From an uncultured bacterium (GTDB lineage Bacteria; Acidobacteriota; Aminicenantia; UBA2199): a stretch of 64,000 bases of DNA. A program made the position numbers and the translations under genes. Under the pieces are notes generated by a model. The model was given only the letters and a program-made list of their open reading frames with translations, was not told the DNA's origin and made no database searches. Numbering within the stretch: position 1 is the stretch's first letter; each line of letters begins with the position of its first letter. The stretch lies in assembly GCA_965371805.1 (NCBI GenBank), contig CBDUZW010000004.1:82954-146953 (forward strand), written 5' to 3'. This document shows, piece by piece, positions 38,653-48,318 of the stretch.

Positions 38653-39933
38653 CTAGTCTGATTTTTCATCACTAATAATGGCAGATAGATTTTTTGAAAT
38701 TTTGGTGATCTTATCCAATTTGTCATTATTAATTTTATTTTTGTCTTCTTCTGTTTTTATGTTTTTTTTCAAATGATCTATTGATGATATAAGGATTTTT
38801 TCTTTCTCATCTTTAGCTTTTTCTATATCTCCGATCTCTTTTTTTATGTTTTTAATTTCTTTTGTTTCTGACTCTAATTGTTTCTCAACTTCCTCAAATT
38901 CTTTTTTTAATGAATCAAATGTAGATTTATTCTGTTCATTTTCCTCTTCTAAGTCTACTTTATCTGATTTTAGGGTATTTATCTCATCCATTAAGCTTGT
39001 TTCCAATATTTTTTTATCTGATTTTATTTGTTCAATATCTGAAGTTAATATACTGACCTTTTCTTTATTCTCATTCTTAATCTTCTCTAATTCACTGTTC
39101 AGATTGCTTAATTCTTCTTCAATGTTTTCATGTCCATCTGTACTCTTTTTTAAATCTTCTTTTAGGTCACTATTTATTATCAGGAGTTCCTTATTTTCCT
39201 TTTTCATGAAACCATTCTGTTTTTCCATGGATAATATCTCTGCATTTAATTCAGAAATCTTTATCTTATGTTTCTCTAAATCTTCTTTATCAGGCTGCTT
39301 TTTGTCTTCAATTTTTTTTTCTTCAGGTTTTTTCTTCACCTTTTTTAATTCAATTTCCTTAGTTTTTATTTCTGAACTATCTGCAAAAGAAAGGTCTATT
39401 TCTCCACTATGGTCCTTTGCATCTTCTACAGTAAATATTCCTTGACTCGATTCGTTATCTTCAAGCAATTCATTATCAAAAATATCCATTTCCTCTATAT
39501 CTTCATAGAGCTCTTCGGCAAAAGGACTTTCGTCTTTGGGTTCCTTTTTATTGCTTGCTTTTACTATTTTCGGCAATATTGAATACTTCTTTAATAGTTC
39601 GTCCAGGGAAATAATGATTTCAGAATCTTTCAAAAATTCATCTGGTGGGTGTAAGAGTTTTTTATAATCTTCAATCTCGTTTTTTGTTGTCTCAGAGACT
39701 ACAATGATTACAATTGAATCATTTGTTGATTTACATACTTTTAGTAACTCATGTGCAACAAAAATATTCAAGTCTTGTACTTCAAGATCAAGAATAACAA
39801 GTGAGGGCTTGTTTTTGTCTAAATAGGTAACAGCTTCTTCACTTGATTTAATAGTTTTCTCTTTTCCATTACATATAGGGTCTATGACTTTAATAATTTC
39901 TTCTCTTTCACTAATAACTAATATATTGCTCAT
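38653..39933 (-). CDS. Receiver-domain protein with a roughly 300-aa acidic Glu/Lys-rich coiled-coil tail
   Basis: Start re-assigned to MSNILVIS (39933), 2 nt after the polA stop. Receiver Asp in SLVILDLEV. The remainder is a low-complexity charged coiled coil (EELSNLNSELEKIKNENKEK...). Confidence 0.5.
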   Translation of the reverse strand: MSNILVISEREEIIKVIDPICNGKEKTIKSSEEAVTYLDKNKPSLVILDLEVQDLNIFVAHELLKVCKSTNDSIVIIVVSETTKNEIEDYKKLLHPPDEFLKDSEIIISLDELLKKYSILPKIVKASNKKEPKDESPFAEELYEDIEEMDIFDNELLEDNESSQGIFTVEDAKDHSGEIDLSFADSSEIKTKEIELKKVKKKPEEKKIEDKKQPDKEDLEKHKIKISELNAEILSMEKQNGFMKKENKELLIINSDLKEDLKKSTDGHENIEEELSNLNSELEKIKNENKEKVSILTSDIEQIKSDKKILETSLMDEINTLKSDKVDLEEENEQNKSTFDSLKKEFEEVEKQLESETKEIKNIKKEIGDIEKAKDEKEKILISSIDHLKKNIKTEEDKNKINNDKLDKITKISKNLSAIISDEKSD

Positions 39934-39935
39934 AT

Positions 39936-42641
39936 TTACTCCATTAACTCTGCCATTTCTCCCCAATTCTTACCTTTTTTAAGAGAAATATTTAGAGGAA
40001 CATCTATTGCGGTGGCATTTTTCATTTCATTGGATACTATTTTTATTAAATCTGTTTCTTCATCTAAAGGATATTCAAATATTATTTCATCATGAACTGA
40101 GAGTAACATTTTAGAATCCATATTCTTAATTTTCTTATGAATATTTATCATTGCCATTTTTATAATCTCAGCAGCTGAACCCTGTATAATTGTATTCACA
40201 GACATTCTTTTTCCATTTTCTTTGACACTCTGGATTGAACTTTGAAGTTCGGGTAATTCTCTTTTTCTTCCAGCCATAGTTATAACAAAGCCATCTTTTT
40301 CTGCATTCTCAATTGTTTGGTCAATATAATCTTTTACTCCGGAATATTTCTCAAAATATGTTTCAATAAACTCTTTTGCCTCTTTAAAACTGACACCTAG
40401 TTCTTTCGATAGAGAATAGGCACCGGAACCGTATATAATGGAGAAATTAATGATTTTCGCTCTTTTTCTTTTAAGCTGATTGTCCATAAATAAATCTCTG
40501 CCAAAAACCAGATTCGCTGTTTGAGAATGAATATCCAGGTTGTTTTTAAACGCATTTTTCAAATTTTTATCCTTGGAAAAATGCGCCATTACCCTTAACT
40601 CTATCTGAGAATAATCTGCTGCTAAAAGATACTTGTTTTTGTCACTAATAAATAACTTTCTTATATTAATGTCATCTTTCTCAAATACAGGAATATTCTG
40701 TAAATTGGGATTGGATGATGATAGTCTACCAGTTGCAGTTACTGTCTGGTTAAAAGATGTATGTATTCTAGCTGATGGGGAGATATGTTCTTTTAGTCCA
40801 ATCAGGTATGTTGAGTAGAGTTTTTTCCATCCCCTGTATTTTATTAAATTCTCTACAATAGGAATGTTTTTATATTCAGAAAGAACCTCAATGTCTGTTG
40901 AATAACTCTTGGTTTTTTTGGTTTTTTTGGATATGGGAAGTTTCATTTTTTCAAACAATAATTCTCCAAGTTGTTTAGATGAATTAATATTAAGTTCATA
41001 TCCAGCCTGTTTAATAATTGTTCTTTCTATTTTTGATAATTTTTGTTCCAGTTGATCGATTGAGTTCTGTAAATTATCAACATCAACTTTAATTCCATTA
41101 TATTCCATATCCATAAGTACAGGGATTAGTGGTATTTCGATTGTATTATACAGTTTATTTAAGCCTCTCTCATCTAGAAGCGGCGTAAAGACTTCTACTA
41201 GTTTTATAGATGTATTGGAATCGTCAATGCAGTATTTCCCAACTGTTTCAATATCTATTGATTCTAAGGGTTTTGCTTCTTTTCCGGTTCCAATAATTTT
41301 TTCAAAGGTGTCCTGGCTTATGTTTAAATATTCAAATGTAAGGTCCTTTAATTTATGGGATCGTCTATTAGGAAATATCAGTCCTGAAGCAATCATTGCA
41401 TCTTCTGAAACTCCATTAACCTTGATATCAATGCTTTTTAAAAAGAGAATGTCAAATTTCAGGTTAAAACCCATTTTCTTTATTTCACTATTTTCAAAAA
41501 TAGGTGTTAAGATTGATCTAACATCTTCAAATGTAAATAAAACATCCTTTTTATTCATTTCTGGAAATTTTATCGGGATATAGTATCCGCAGTCTTGAAA
41601 GGAGATGGATATTCCTACTATCTCAGAATTATAAAATGATAAACCTGTTGTCTCCAGATCAAATGCAAAAAACCCTCTATCTGTTATTTCTTTTTTTAGA
41701 TTGAGTAATTGATCTTTAGACTTAATAATACAATATTTAACATTGTTTGCCTCTCCCTGATCTTTTAAAATTTCATCTATTTTACTTAACAGAGTCCGGA
41801 ATGAATATTTTTTGTAAAATAATGCCAATTCCTTCGAAACAATATGTTTTATATCTCCTTTTTTAAATGTAAAATTATCTGGTGCTTTTGCATCTAATAA
41901 TATTAGTCTTCTTGATAGGTCAATCTCTGATCTGCTGGCCTCTAATTTTTTTTTGAACTTATCTTCAATAGTGTCTATATTCTCAAAGATAGATTTAATT
42001 GAGCTGTACTTGTCAATCAATTTTTTTGCTGTCTTTTCTCCGATCCCTTTTGCACCAGGGATATTGTCAGATGAATCTCCCATTAAAGCCAGATAATCTA
42101 CTATCTGATCCGGATATAGTCCATAATGTTCTTTTATATCCTCAGTTCCCAGTTTTTTCTTTAATTTAGGGTGAAATATTGTTGTGTCTTCATCGACAAG
42201 TTGAAACATATCTTTGTCAGCAGTAAAAATTATGACTTCATCTTTGCTTTTTTCTGCTTCCTTTTTTAAAAAATAGATGATGTCATCACCTTCATAGGAA
42301 GGTATTTCAATTGTATCAATCTGTTTTAATTTCAAATATTCTTTTATCAGGGGAATCTGGAGTACTAATTCCTCTGGAGGTTCTTTTCTATTTCCCTTAT
42401 ACTCAGGATACATATCATGTCTAAATGTTTTTCCTTTTGAGTCCAGAGCAACTATAAGGTAGTCAGGATTTAGTTCTTTGAGAAGATAATCAATGCGGGC
42501 TATGAAACCATATAATGCACCTGTAGCTGTTCCATTTGCGGACCTCATATTTCCAAAAGCATAAAAGGAACTGAATATAAGATACATTCCATCAATTAAT
42601 AATATTTTTTTTTTTTTTACTTCTCCAAAAAGGTGTGACAT
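39936..42641 (-). CDS. polA: DNA polymerase I
   Basis: 901 aa with 5'-3' exonuclease, 3'-5' exonuclease-like and polymerase domains. Motif A DYSQIELR and motif B/C region RRxAKxINFxIIYG, VHDE. Confidence 0.95.
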   Translation of the reverse strand: MSHLFGEVKKKKILLIDGMYLIFSSFYAFGNMRSANGTATGALYGFIARIDYLLKELNPDYLIVALDSKGKTFRHDMYPEYKGNRKEPPEELVLQIPLIKEYLKLKQIDTIEIPSYEGDDIIYFLKKEAEKSKDEVIIFTADKDMFQLVDEDTTIFHPKLKKKLGTEDIKEHYGLYPDQIVDYLALMGDSSDNIPGAKGIGEKTAKKLIDKYSSIKSIFENIDTIEDKFKKKLEASRSEIDLSRRLILLDAKAPDNFTFKKGDIKHIVSKELALFYKKYSFRTLLSKIDEILKDQGEANNVKYCIIKSKDQLLNLKKEITDRGFFAFDLETTGLSFYNSEIVGISISFQDCGYYIPIKFPEMNKKDVLFTFEDVRSILTPIFENSEIKKMGFNLKFDILFLKSIDIKVNGVSEDAMIASGLIFPNRRSHKLKDLTFEYLNISQDTFEKIIGTGKEAKPLESIDIETVGKYCIDDSNTSIKLVEVFTPLLDERGLNKLYNTIEIPLIPVLMDMEYNGIKVDVDNLQNSIDQLEQKLSKIERTIIKQAGYELNINSSKQLGELLFEKMKLPISKKTKKTKSYSTDIEVLSEYKNIPIVENLIKYRGWKKLYSTYLIGLKEHISPSARIHTSFNQTVTATGRLSSSNPNLQNIPVFEKDDINIRKLFISDKNKYLLAADYSQIELRVMAHFSKDKNLKNAFKNNLDIHSQTANLVFGRDLFMDNQLKRKRAKIINFSIIYGSGAYSLSKELGVSFKEAKEFIETYFEKYSGVKDYIDQTIENAEKDGFVITMAGRKRELPELQSSIQSVKENGKRMSVNTIIQGSAAEIIKMAMINIHKKIKNMDSKMLLSVHDEIIFEYPLDEETDLIKIVSNEMKNATAIDVPLNISLKKGKNWGEMAELME

Positions 42642-42651
42642 TATGACCTTA

Positions 42652-42975
42652 CTATTGATTTAGATAGTCAATAACCATATCATCAAGAGATTCATTATCC
42701 AGATTCTGAGTTTCTAAAGATAACATATGCAGGAATTTTCCTTTTCTCAGTTCTGTCCCTACTTCATCGTGTTGAACTTTCATCATTTTTTTTACACGGT
42801 TTCTCATATCCGGTAGTTCTTTGAGGTGTCCATAGGATATTCTTCTTGATAATAAAATTTCTCCATTATGATAAACAAGAGTTTCTATTGTAGGATTATT
42901 ATCTCCTTTCTCTTCTGTTTGAATATGAAAGATCTCATTCCTATACTTAATATCTGTATTAAAGCCAACTATCAT
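42652..42975 (-). CDS. Small hypothetical protein (107 aa) upstream of polA
   Basis: ORF only, positioned in the operon upstream of polA. Confidence 0.3.
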   Translation of the reverse strand: MIVGFNTDIKYRNEIFHIQTEEKGDNNPTIETLVYHNGEILLSRRISYGHLKELPDMRNRVKKMMKVQHDEVGTELRKGKFLHMLSLETQNLDNESLDDMVIDYLNQ

Positions 42976-43145
42976 AAAAAAATAATAAAATAAAAGAGGT
43001 GTAAAGTCAATAGCAGATTACTATTGAAATGAAATTTTGCCCTTAATAATATAAAAAAGCAATCAAATTCAATTTTTTTTTAGAAAACTGTTTTTTTTTT
43101 TTTTTTAATATTATAAAATAATATATTGTTTTTGGAGGATTAATT

Positions 43146-43607
43146 ATGAAACTTGCAAAATATTTAAAAGTTGAAAATGTTTTTATTGGAGATAGTTTTG
43201 AAAATACAGATGCTTTTTACGCAGAATTTTCATTGTTTTTAAAAAAAAAGGGGATCGTAGTAGACAATGATAAAGTTAAGAGGCTATTTATAAAAAGAGA
43301 AAACATCCAGTCAACAGCAATAGGAAAAGGACTTGCAGCTCCACATATCTTTAGTGATGAGTTTTCAGATTTTACTATTTGTGCTGCACTGATAAAGAAT
43401 GGTATGGAGTACAAAGCTCCTGATGATGAAAAAGTATTTCTAGTCTTTTTAATTATGAGTGATGACAGGGATGTGGGTCTTCATTTAAAAGTACTCGCTC
43501 ATATTGCAAGGCTTGCTAAAAGTACCGATATAACTGACTCTGTCAAATTAGATTTAAATGCTGAGCAGTTAATCGGGCATATTTTAGATAATGAAAATTT
43601 AATCTGA
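43146..43607 (+). CDS. ptsN: PTS EIIA(Ntr/Fru)-type domain protein (PtsN-like)
   Basis: 153 aa. Active-site region AIGKGLAAPH with the phosphorylatable His. Confidence 0.65.
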   Translation: MKLAKYLKVENVFIGDSFENTDAFYAEFSLFLKKKGIVVDNDKVKRLFIKRENIQSTAIGKGLAAPHIFSDEFSDFTICAALIKNGMEYKAPDDEKVFLVFLIMSDDRDVGLHLKVLAHIARLAKSTDITDSVKLDLNAEQLIGHILDNENLI

Positions 43608-43608
43608 A

Positions 43609-43944
43609 ATGCAACTTGCCATTTTAATATTAAATAAGGAAGAGTTGCTCGAAGTCCTTTTAGAGGGTCTGCTGGAGATAGGAATTAGTGGGGCTACCAT
43701 CATGGATTCAATGGGAATGGGGCATATTCTTTCAACTGAAGTACCAATATTTGCAGGATTAAAATTTATGTTTACAGGAAGCAGACCTTATAATAAAACA
43801 ATTATTTCAGCGATACAGGAAGACAAAGTAGCTCCAATGAAAGAGATGGTAGAAAAAATACTTGGACCTCTCAAGGAAAGTGGAAATGGGATATTGTTTT
43901 TCATAAAACTACACGATGTTCTAGGATTAAAAGCTGAAATATAA
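43609..43944 (+). CDS. PII-like (GlnB-fold) small regulatory protein
   Basis: 111 aa. Its layout parallels GlnB: an N-terminal beta-alpha-beta segment (ILNKEELLEVLLEGLLEIGISGATIMDSMGMGH) and a C-terminal segment (GNGILFFIKLHDV). Immediately precedes the transporter genes. Confidence 0.4.
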   Translation: MQLAILILNKEELLEVLLEGLLEIGISGATIMDSMGMGHILSTEVPIFAGLKFMFTGSRPYNKTIISAIQEDKVAPMKEMVEKILGPLKESGNGILFFIKLHDVLGLKAEI

Positions 43945-43959
43945 AGGTTCTCTCTATTA

Positions 43960-45225
43960 ATGAAACAGTTATTTGTTATCTCTCTTTTAATCTTTATTGC
44001 AATATCAGGTTCCAGACTTTCTTTTTTTAATAGAAGATTGTCACTTGGCTTTAAAAACATTATGTTAACTGGAACTGAATATATATTAATTGGTGTTTTA
44101 CTGGGTAATTTAGGATTTAAACTAATTGATTTAAATACATTCTTAACATTTGAACCGATTCTTATATTTGGTCTGAGTGCAATAGGACTTCTTTTTGGAT
44201 TACAATTTAATCTGGTTCAATTAAAAAAAATTCCCACTCATTATTTTTTCGTTTCATTTATTCAATCTTTTTTTACATTTTTAATTGTCTCTACTGTTAT
44301 GTATTTCTCTTTAGGTTTTTTTCTTGATTTAAGTAAAAATGCATTAATTTTAGTTTCTTTGACAATTGGAAGTTTTTCATCATGTACCGCACAATCCGGC
44401 TTGGCAATAGTGGGTCAAAATTATAGATTTAAGAACCATAAAACATTTGAAATGTTAAGGTATGTTGCAGGTATTGATGGTTTTTATGCAATTATCTTTT
44501 TTATATTTGCTCTTAGTCTTTTTGCAGAGGGAAATATCATCGATATTTCTTTTTCCAACTCCATAGCCTGGTTTTTCTTATCTGTCTTTATGGGGATTTT
44601 GCCGGCAATAATATTTGTAATTCTGAGTAGAACCAGATTCTCCAGGCAGGAATTCTTTGCTTTTTTAGTAGGGACGATACTTTTTTGTGGAGGTATCTCA
44701 TATCAAATAAATTATTCCCCTTTAATTGCTGGGTTTGTTTGCGGGATAGTAATTGCAAATTTTTGCCGGCATAGTTTTAGAGCTTTGTCCAGTATTATAA
44801 AATCTGAAAAGTCCATTTATATAATTCTTCTGGTATTTCTCGGGGCGATCTGGAAAATAAATTCAGTTTCCATTTTTTGCATATCTTTAATCTATGTTTT
44901 GTCTAGAAGTATTGGGAAGATATTCGGTACAAATATTGGGATAAATGTCTTTTTTAAAGATAAGTCATATCCAAAATTACTGGGCTTAGGTCTACTCTCT
45001 GAAGGAGGTATCTCAATTGCAATTGTAATGAGCTTCAAGTTGTTATATCCGGAATTAGCTGCTCCATTAATATCTGTAACAATAATTTCAGTGTTTTTTA
45101 ATGAATTATTCAGTCCATTTTTAATCTTGAGACAGTTTAAGAAGTCAGAGATGATAAACGAAAATATCAGGCAGAAGGCAATAAAACATTATTCTGATAA
45201 AAATATTAAGCATAAAGTAAAATGA
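43960..45225 (+). CDS. Cation:proton antiporter-like membrane protein (CPA superfamily)
   Basis: 421 aa with about 11 TM helices. Paralogous architecture to the next gene, which it overlaps by 4 nt. Confidence 0.5.
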   Translation: MKQLFVISLLIFIAISGSRLSFFNRRLSLGFKNIMLTGTEYILIGVLLGNLGFKLIDLNTFLTFEPILIFGLSAIGLLFGLQFNLVQLKKIPTHYFFVSFIQSFFTFLIVSTVMYFSLGFFLDLSKNALILVSLTIGSFSSCTAQSGLAIVGQNYRFKNHKTFEMLRYVAGIDGFYAIIFFIFALSLFAEGNIIDISFSNSIAWFFLSVFMGILPAIIFVILSRTRFSRQEFFAFLVGTILFCGGISYQINYSPLIAGFVCGIVIANFCRHSFRALSSIIKSEKSIYIILLVFLGAIWKINSVSIFCISLIYVLSRSIGKIFGTNIGINVFFKDKSYPKLLGLGLLSEGGISIAIVMSFKLLYPELAAPLISVTIISVFFNELFSPFLILRQFKKSEMINENIRQKAIKHYSDKNIKHKVK

Positions 45226-46574
45226 TACGAAAAATAGTAGCATTATTTATTATAGTAGGAACAATGCTGATACTAATGGGCAGAAATATGGAGCAGAATT
45301 TAAAATCTCTTTCTCCCACACTTGTTCTTGGATTTATGCTTCTATCTGCATATTGTATCGGATTTATTCTTGAGCGATTAGGATTGCCAAGGATTACAGG
45401 ATATATATTGGCGGGTCTTTTAATGGGACCATATGTTTTGAAGTTTTTTTCGACTGATGATATACATAATTTGGATTTTCTAAATAGTTTGGCTCTGGCA
45501 TTTATTGCATTTAGCGCAGGTGGTGAATTAAGGTTGAAAAATATTAAGGAAAAGTTCAGGTCGATTCTGTTTTTGATTATAGGAGTAACAGGATTTGTGT
45601 TTCTTGGAGTAACCCTTGCTGTATTTTTGTTGTCAGATCTAATCCCGTTTATGAATGGAATGCCCTCAATTATAAAACTGGCAATTTCAGCAATTTTTGG
45701 CGTTATTGCTGTTGCAAGATCTCCTTCTTCTGCAATCGCTATTATTAGTGAAACAAAATCAAAGGGATATTATACTGATCTGGTATTAAGTGTTACGATT
45801 GCAATGGATGTTGTGATAATAATATTTTTTGCATTAATAATATCAGTTTCAAATATTCTTATATCACCGGACTCCACGTTTTCAGTTTTGTTTTTACTTG
45901 AATTAGTATTCGAAATAGCTATCGCATTTGTTTTAGGTTTCTTATTAGGGAAATTGATTATATTTCTTATCGAAAAAGTAAAAATTGAATTTCCTGTAGT
46001 GATAATTGCAATGGGATTTCTTGTTATAAAGTTTTCACATCTACTTAGTATGCAACTGCATGAAGTGCATGATATAAGTATCAATTTGGAACCCTTACTA
46101 ATATGTATTGCTGCTGGTTTTACTGTTATGAATGTATCAAAACATGGTAGTACTTTTCTTCATCGAATGGATGAAATTTCTACTCCTATTTATATTGGCT
46201 TCTTTGTTATTACCGGGGCATCCATCAACATTAATGAATTAAAAGACGGATGGATAATTGGTATTGTTATTGTGGTAATTAGAATAATTATGATTTTTGC
46301 CGGATCTTTTTTAAGTGGATATTTTGCCGGCGATAAGCCTAAAATTTATATGAATACATGGTATGGGTTTATGACCCAGGCTGGTGTAAGCTTAGGTCTT
46401 CTTTCTGAGGTTGGAAGAAGGTTCCCTGAATATGGAGTCTCAATTCAGACTATTTTGATTGCATCAATTACAATTAATCAAATTATTGGCCCCATTGGAT
46501 TTAAATATGCTTTAAATAAAGTTGGAGAAACTGAAAAAGAACGTTTGAAACTTAAAGAGAAAGGAATCGAATAA
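45222..46574 (+). CDS. CPA2-family monovalent cation:proton antiporter (KefB/NhaP-like)
   Basis: LGLPRITGYILAGLLMGPYVL is the CPA signature. 12-13 TM helices. Confidence 0.65.
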   Translation: MIRKIVALFIIVGTMLILMGRNMEQNLKSLSPTLVLGFMLLSAYCIGFILERLGLPRITGYILAGLLMGPYVLKFFSTDDIHNLDFLNSLALAFIAFSAGGELRLKNIKEKFRSILFLIIGVTGFVFLGVTLAVFLLSDLIPFMNGMPSIIKLAISAIFGVIAVARSPSSAIAIISETKSKGYYTDLVLSVTIAMDVVIIIFFALIISVSNILISPDSTFSVLFLLELVFEIAIAFVLGFLLGKLIIFLIEKVKIEFPVVIIAMGFLVIKFSHLLSMQLHEVHDISINLEPLLICIAAGFTVMNVSKHGSTFLHRMDEISTPIYIGFFVITGASININELKDGWIIGIVIVVIRIIMIFAGSFLSGYFAGDKPKIYMNTWYGFMTQAGVSLGLLSEVGRRFPEYGVSIQTILIASITINQIIGPIGFKYALNKVGETEKERLKLKEKGIE

Positions 46575-46707
46575 ACATGACATTGAAAAAAATAAGGATT
46601 AATATATGAATTAGAAAACCTCTTGGTCTAATTATTGATTCTTTATTAATTGACATTTAGATGTTTTTTAATTATATTTAGTTCTAAAGGGGAAAAAGGA
46701 CTTTTAT

Positions 46708-48132
46708 ATGATATCAATAATACAAGGTGGAATGGGAGTAGCCGTTTCAAATTATAAGTTGGCCAATGCTGTTTCTAAAGAAGGTGGATTGGGTGTTATT
46801 AGTGGAACAGGAATTGAGATCATTGTTCTGGCCAGGTTGCAGGAAGGTGATGTAAATGGAGATGTCCAACGTGCTCTTGCCCATTTTCCGGATCAGGTAA
46901 TTGCAGGAAAACTTATTGAAAAATATTATGTAGAGAATGGGATTGCAAAAGAAAAACCCTATATCTCTCTCCAAAAGTGGACAATGGATTCTGACAAATG
47001 GGTACAGCAGGTTAATGTTCTCTGTGGATTTGTGGAGGTCTGGTTAGCTAAGGAGGGACATAAAAATCCTGTAGGCATTAATTTGCTGGAAAAGGTTTTT
47101 ACTCCCAATCAGGCTCTTTTATATGGTGCCATGTTAGCAGGTGTTGATTATGTTATCATGGGAGCAGGAATTCCTATCCAGGTCCCGGGTATTTTAGATA
47201 GTTTTGTAAAACATGAGGATACCCTTTATAAGATTGAGTGCAAAGATGCTGAAATAAATGATCAATGCAGCCTGCATTTTAAACCCGGTTGGTTATTTAC
47301 AGGATTAAAAAATAAAACAGGAGAGTTAAAGCGCCCGAAATTTTTACCTATAATCTCTTCAAATGTATTGGCGCTGGCTCTACTAAAAAGAGCAACAGGA
47401 AAAATTGATGGTTTTATTGTTGAAACATCTGTGGCGGGAGGACATAATGCACCGCCCAGGGGCAATAAGGTAAATGAGAAAGGGGAGCCTCTCTATGGCC
47501 CGAAAGATGAAGTTAATCTTGAAAAATTAAGTCAATTAGGCCTCCCTTTCTGGCTGGCAGGTGGTTATGGCACCAAAGACGGTCTGGAAAAGGCGAAGAA
47601 AAGTGGAGCTGTAGGTATCCAGGTTGGTACTGCCTTTGCGTATACGAATGAAAGTGGGTTGAGATCTGATGCAAAAGACAGTGTGTTAAAAATGGTTGCA
47701 GAAGGCGGACTGGAATTTACAACTTCTGCCCGTTGTTCTCCTTCTGGCTTTCCTTTCAAGGTCGTAAGTGTCAAAGGCTCCTTGTCTGAAAAAGAAGTAT
47801 ATGATGCACGGACAAGGATATGTGATAAAGGTCACCTCAGGCACGCATATAAGACCCCGGATGGGAAAATTGGATTCCGTTGTCCGGCAGAGAATGTTGA
47901 TGCTTATCTTAAGAAAGGCGGAAAAATTGAGGATACGGTTGAAAGGCGATGCTTATGCAACGCTCTTGTCTCTGCAGCAGGCTACCATCAAAGAAGAAAA
48001 GGCGATTATAATGAAGGTTTTATTGTCACTTCCGGTGATGATGTTGTAAATTTGAATATCTTCCAGAAAGATGGAAAAATTCACTATTCAGTAAAGGATG
48101 TCATTGATATTCTTAAGGGTAAAAGTTTGTAA
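46708..48132 (+). CDS. Nitronate monooxygenase (NMO/NPD) family FMN-dependent oxidoreductase with a C-terminal Cys-rich extension
   Basis: N-terminal IQGGMGVAVSNYKLANAVSKEGGLGVIS and GGHNAP are typical of the NMO TIM-barrel. About 120 extra C-terminal residues contain CxxC and CxC. Confidence 0.6.
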   Translation: MISIIQGGMGVAVSNYKLANAVSKEGGLGVISGTGIEIIVLARLQEGDVNGDVQRALAHFPDQVIAGKLIEKYYVENGIAKEKPYISLQKWTMDSDKWVQQVNVLCGFVEVWLAKEGHKNPVGINLLEKVFTPNQALLYGAMLAGVDYVIMGAGIPIQVPGILDSFVKHEDTLYKIECKDAEINDQCSLHFKPGWLFTGLKNKTGELKRPKFLPIISSNVLALALLKRATGKIDGFIVETSVAGGHNAPPRGNKVNEKGEPLYGPKDEVNLEKLSQLGLPFWLAGGYGTKDGLEKAKKSGAVGIQVGTAFAYTNESGLRSDAKDSVLKMVAEGGLEFTTSARCSPSGFPFKVVSVKGSLSEKEVYDARTRICDKGHLRHAYKTPDGKIGFRCPAENVDAYLKKGGKIEDTVERRCLCNALVSAAGYHQRRKGDYNEGFIVTSGDDVVNLNIFQKDGKIHYSVKDVIDILKGKSL

Positions 48133-48187
48133 TAAATTACATATTGTGTTTTTACCGATTTGGAGATATAATTAATTTCAGAATTAT

Positions 48188-48260
48188 GCGTTCGTTGCTT
48201 AATGGATAAAGCACTTGACTACGAATCAAGCGATTGGGGGTTCGACTCCCTCCGGACGCG
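48188..48260 (+). tRNA. tRNA-Arg (anticodon ACG)
   Basis: Cloverleaf folded by hand: acceptor GCGTTCG/CGGACGC, D arm GCTT/AAGC, anticodon arm CTTGA-CTACGAA-TCAAG, T arm GGGGG-TTCGACT-CCCTC, discriminator G. Followed by a T8 run. Confidence 0.85.
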
Positions 48261-48318
48261 TTTTTTTTCCTGAATTTAAGTTGACTTTTTTTTTCAAAAA
48301 AATTATTATACTTTTTAT

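Noticed and set aside
38846-39445. 199-aa plus-strand ORF opposite the receiver/coiled-coil gene
   Set aside because: Low-complexity Ser/Phe-rich translation produced by the antisense of a repetitive Glu/Lys-rich coding region.
39934-39966. Longer start (MGRNGRVNGVNM...) for the receiver/coiled-coil gene overlapping the polA 3' end
   Set aside because: The internal ATG at 39933 gives tight 2-nt coupling to the polA stop and begins directly at the receiver domain. The extension would overlap polA by about 30 nt.
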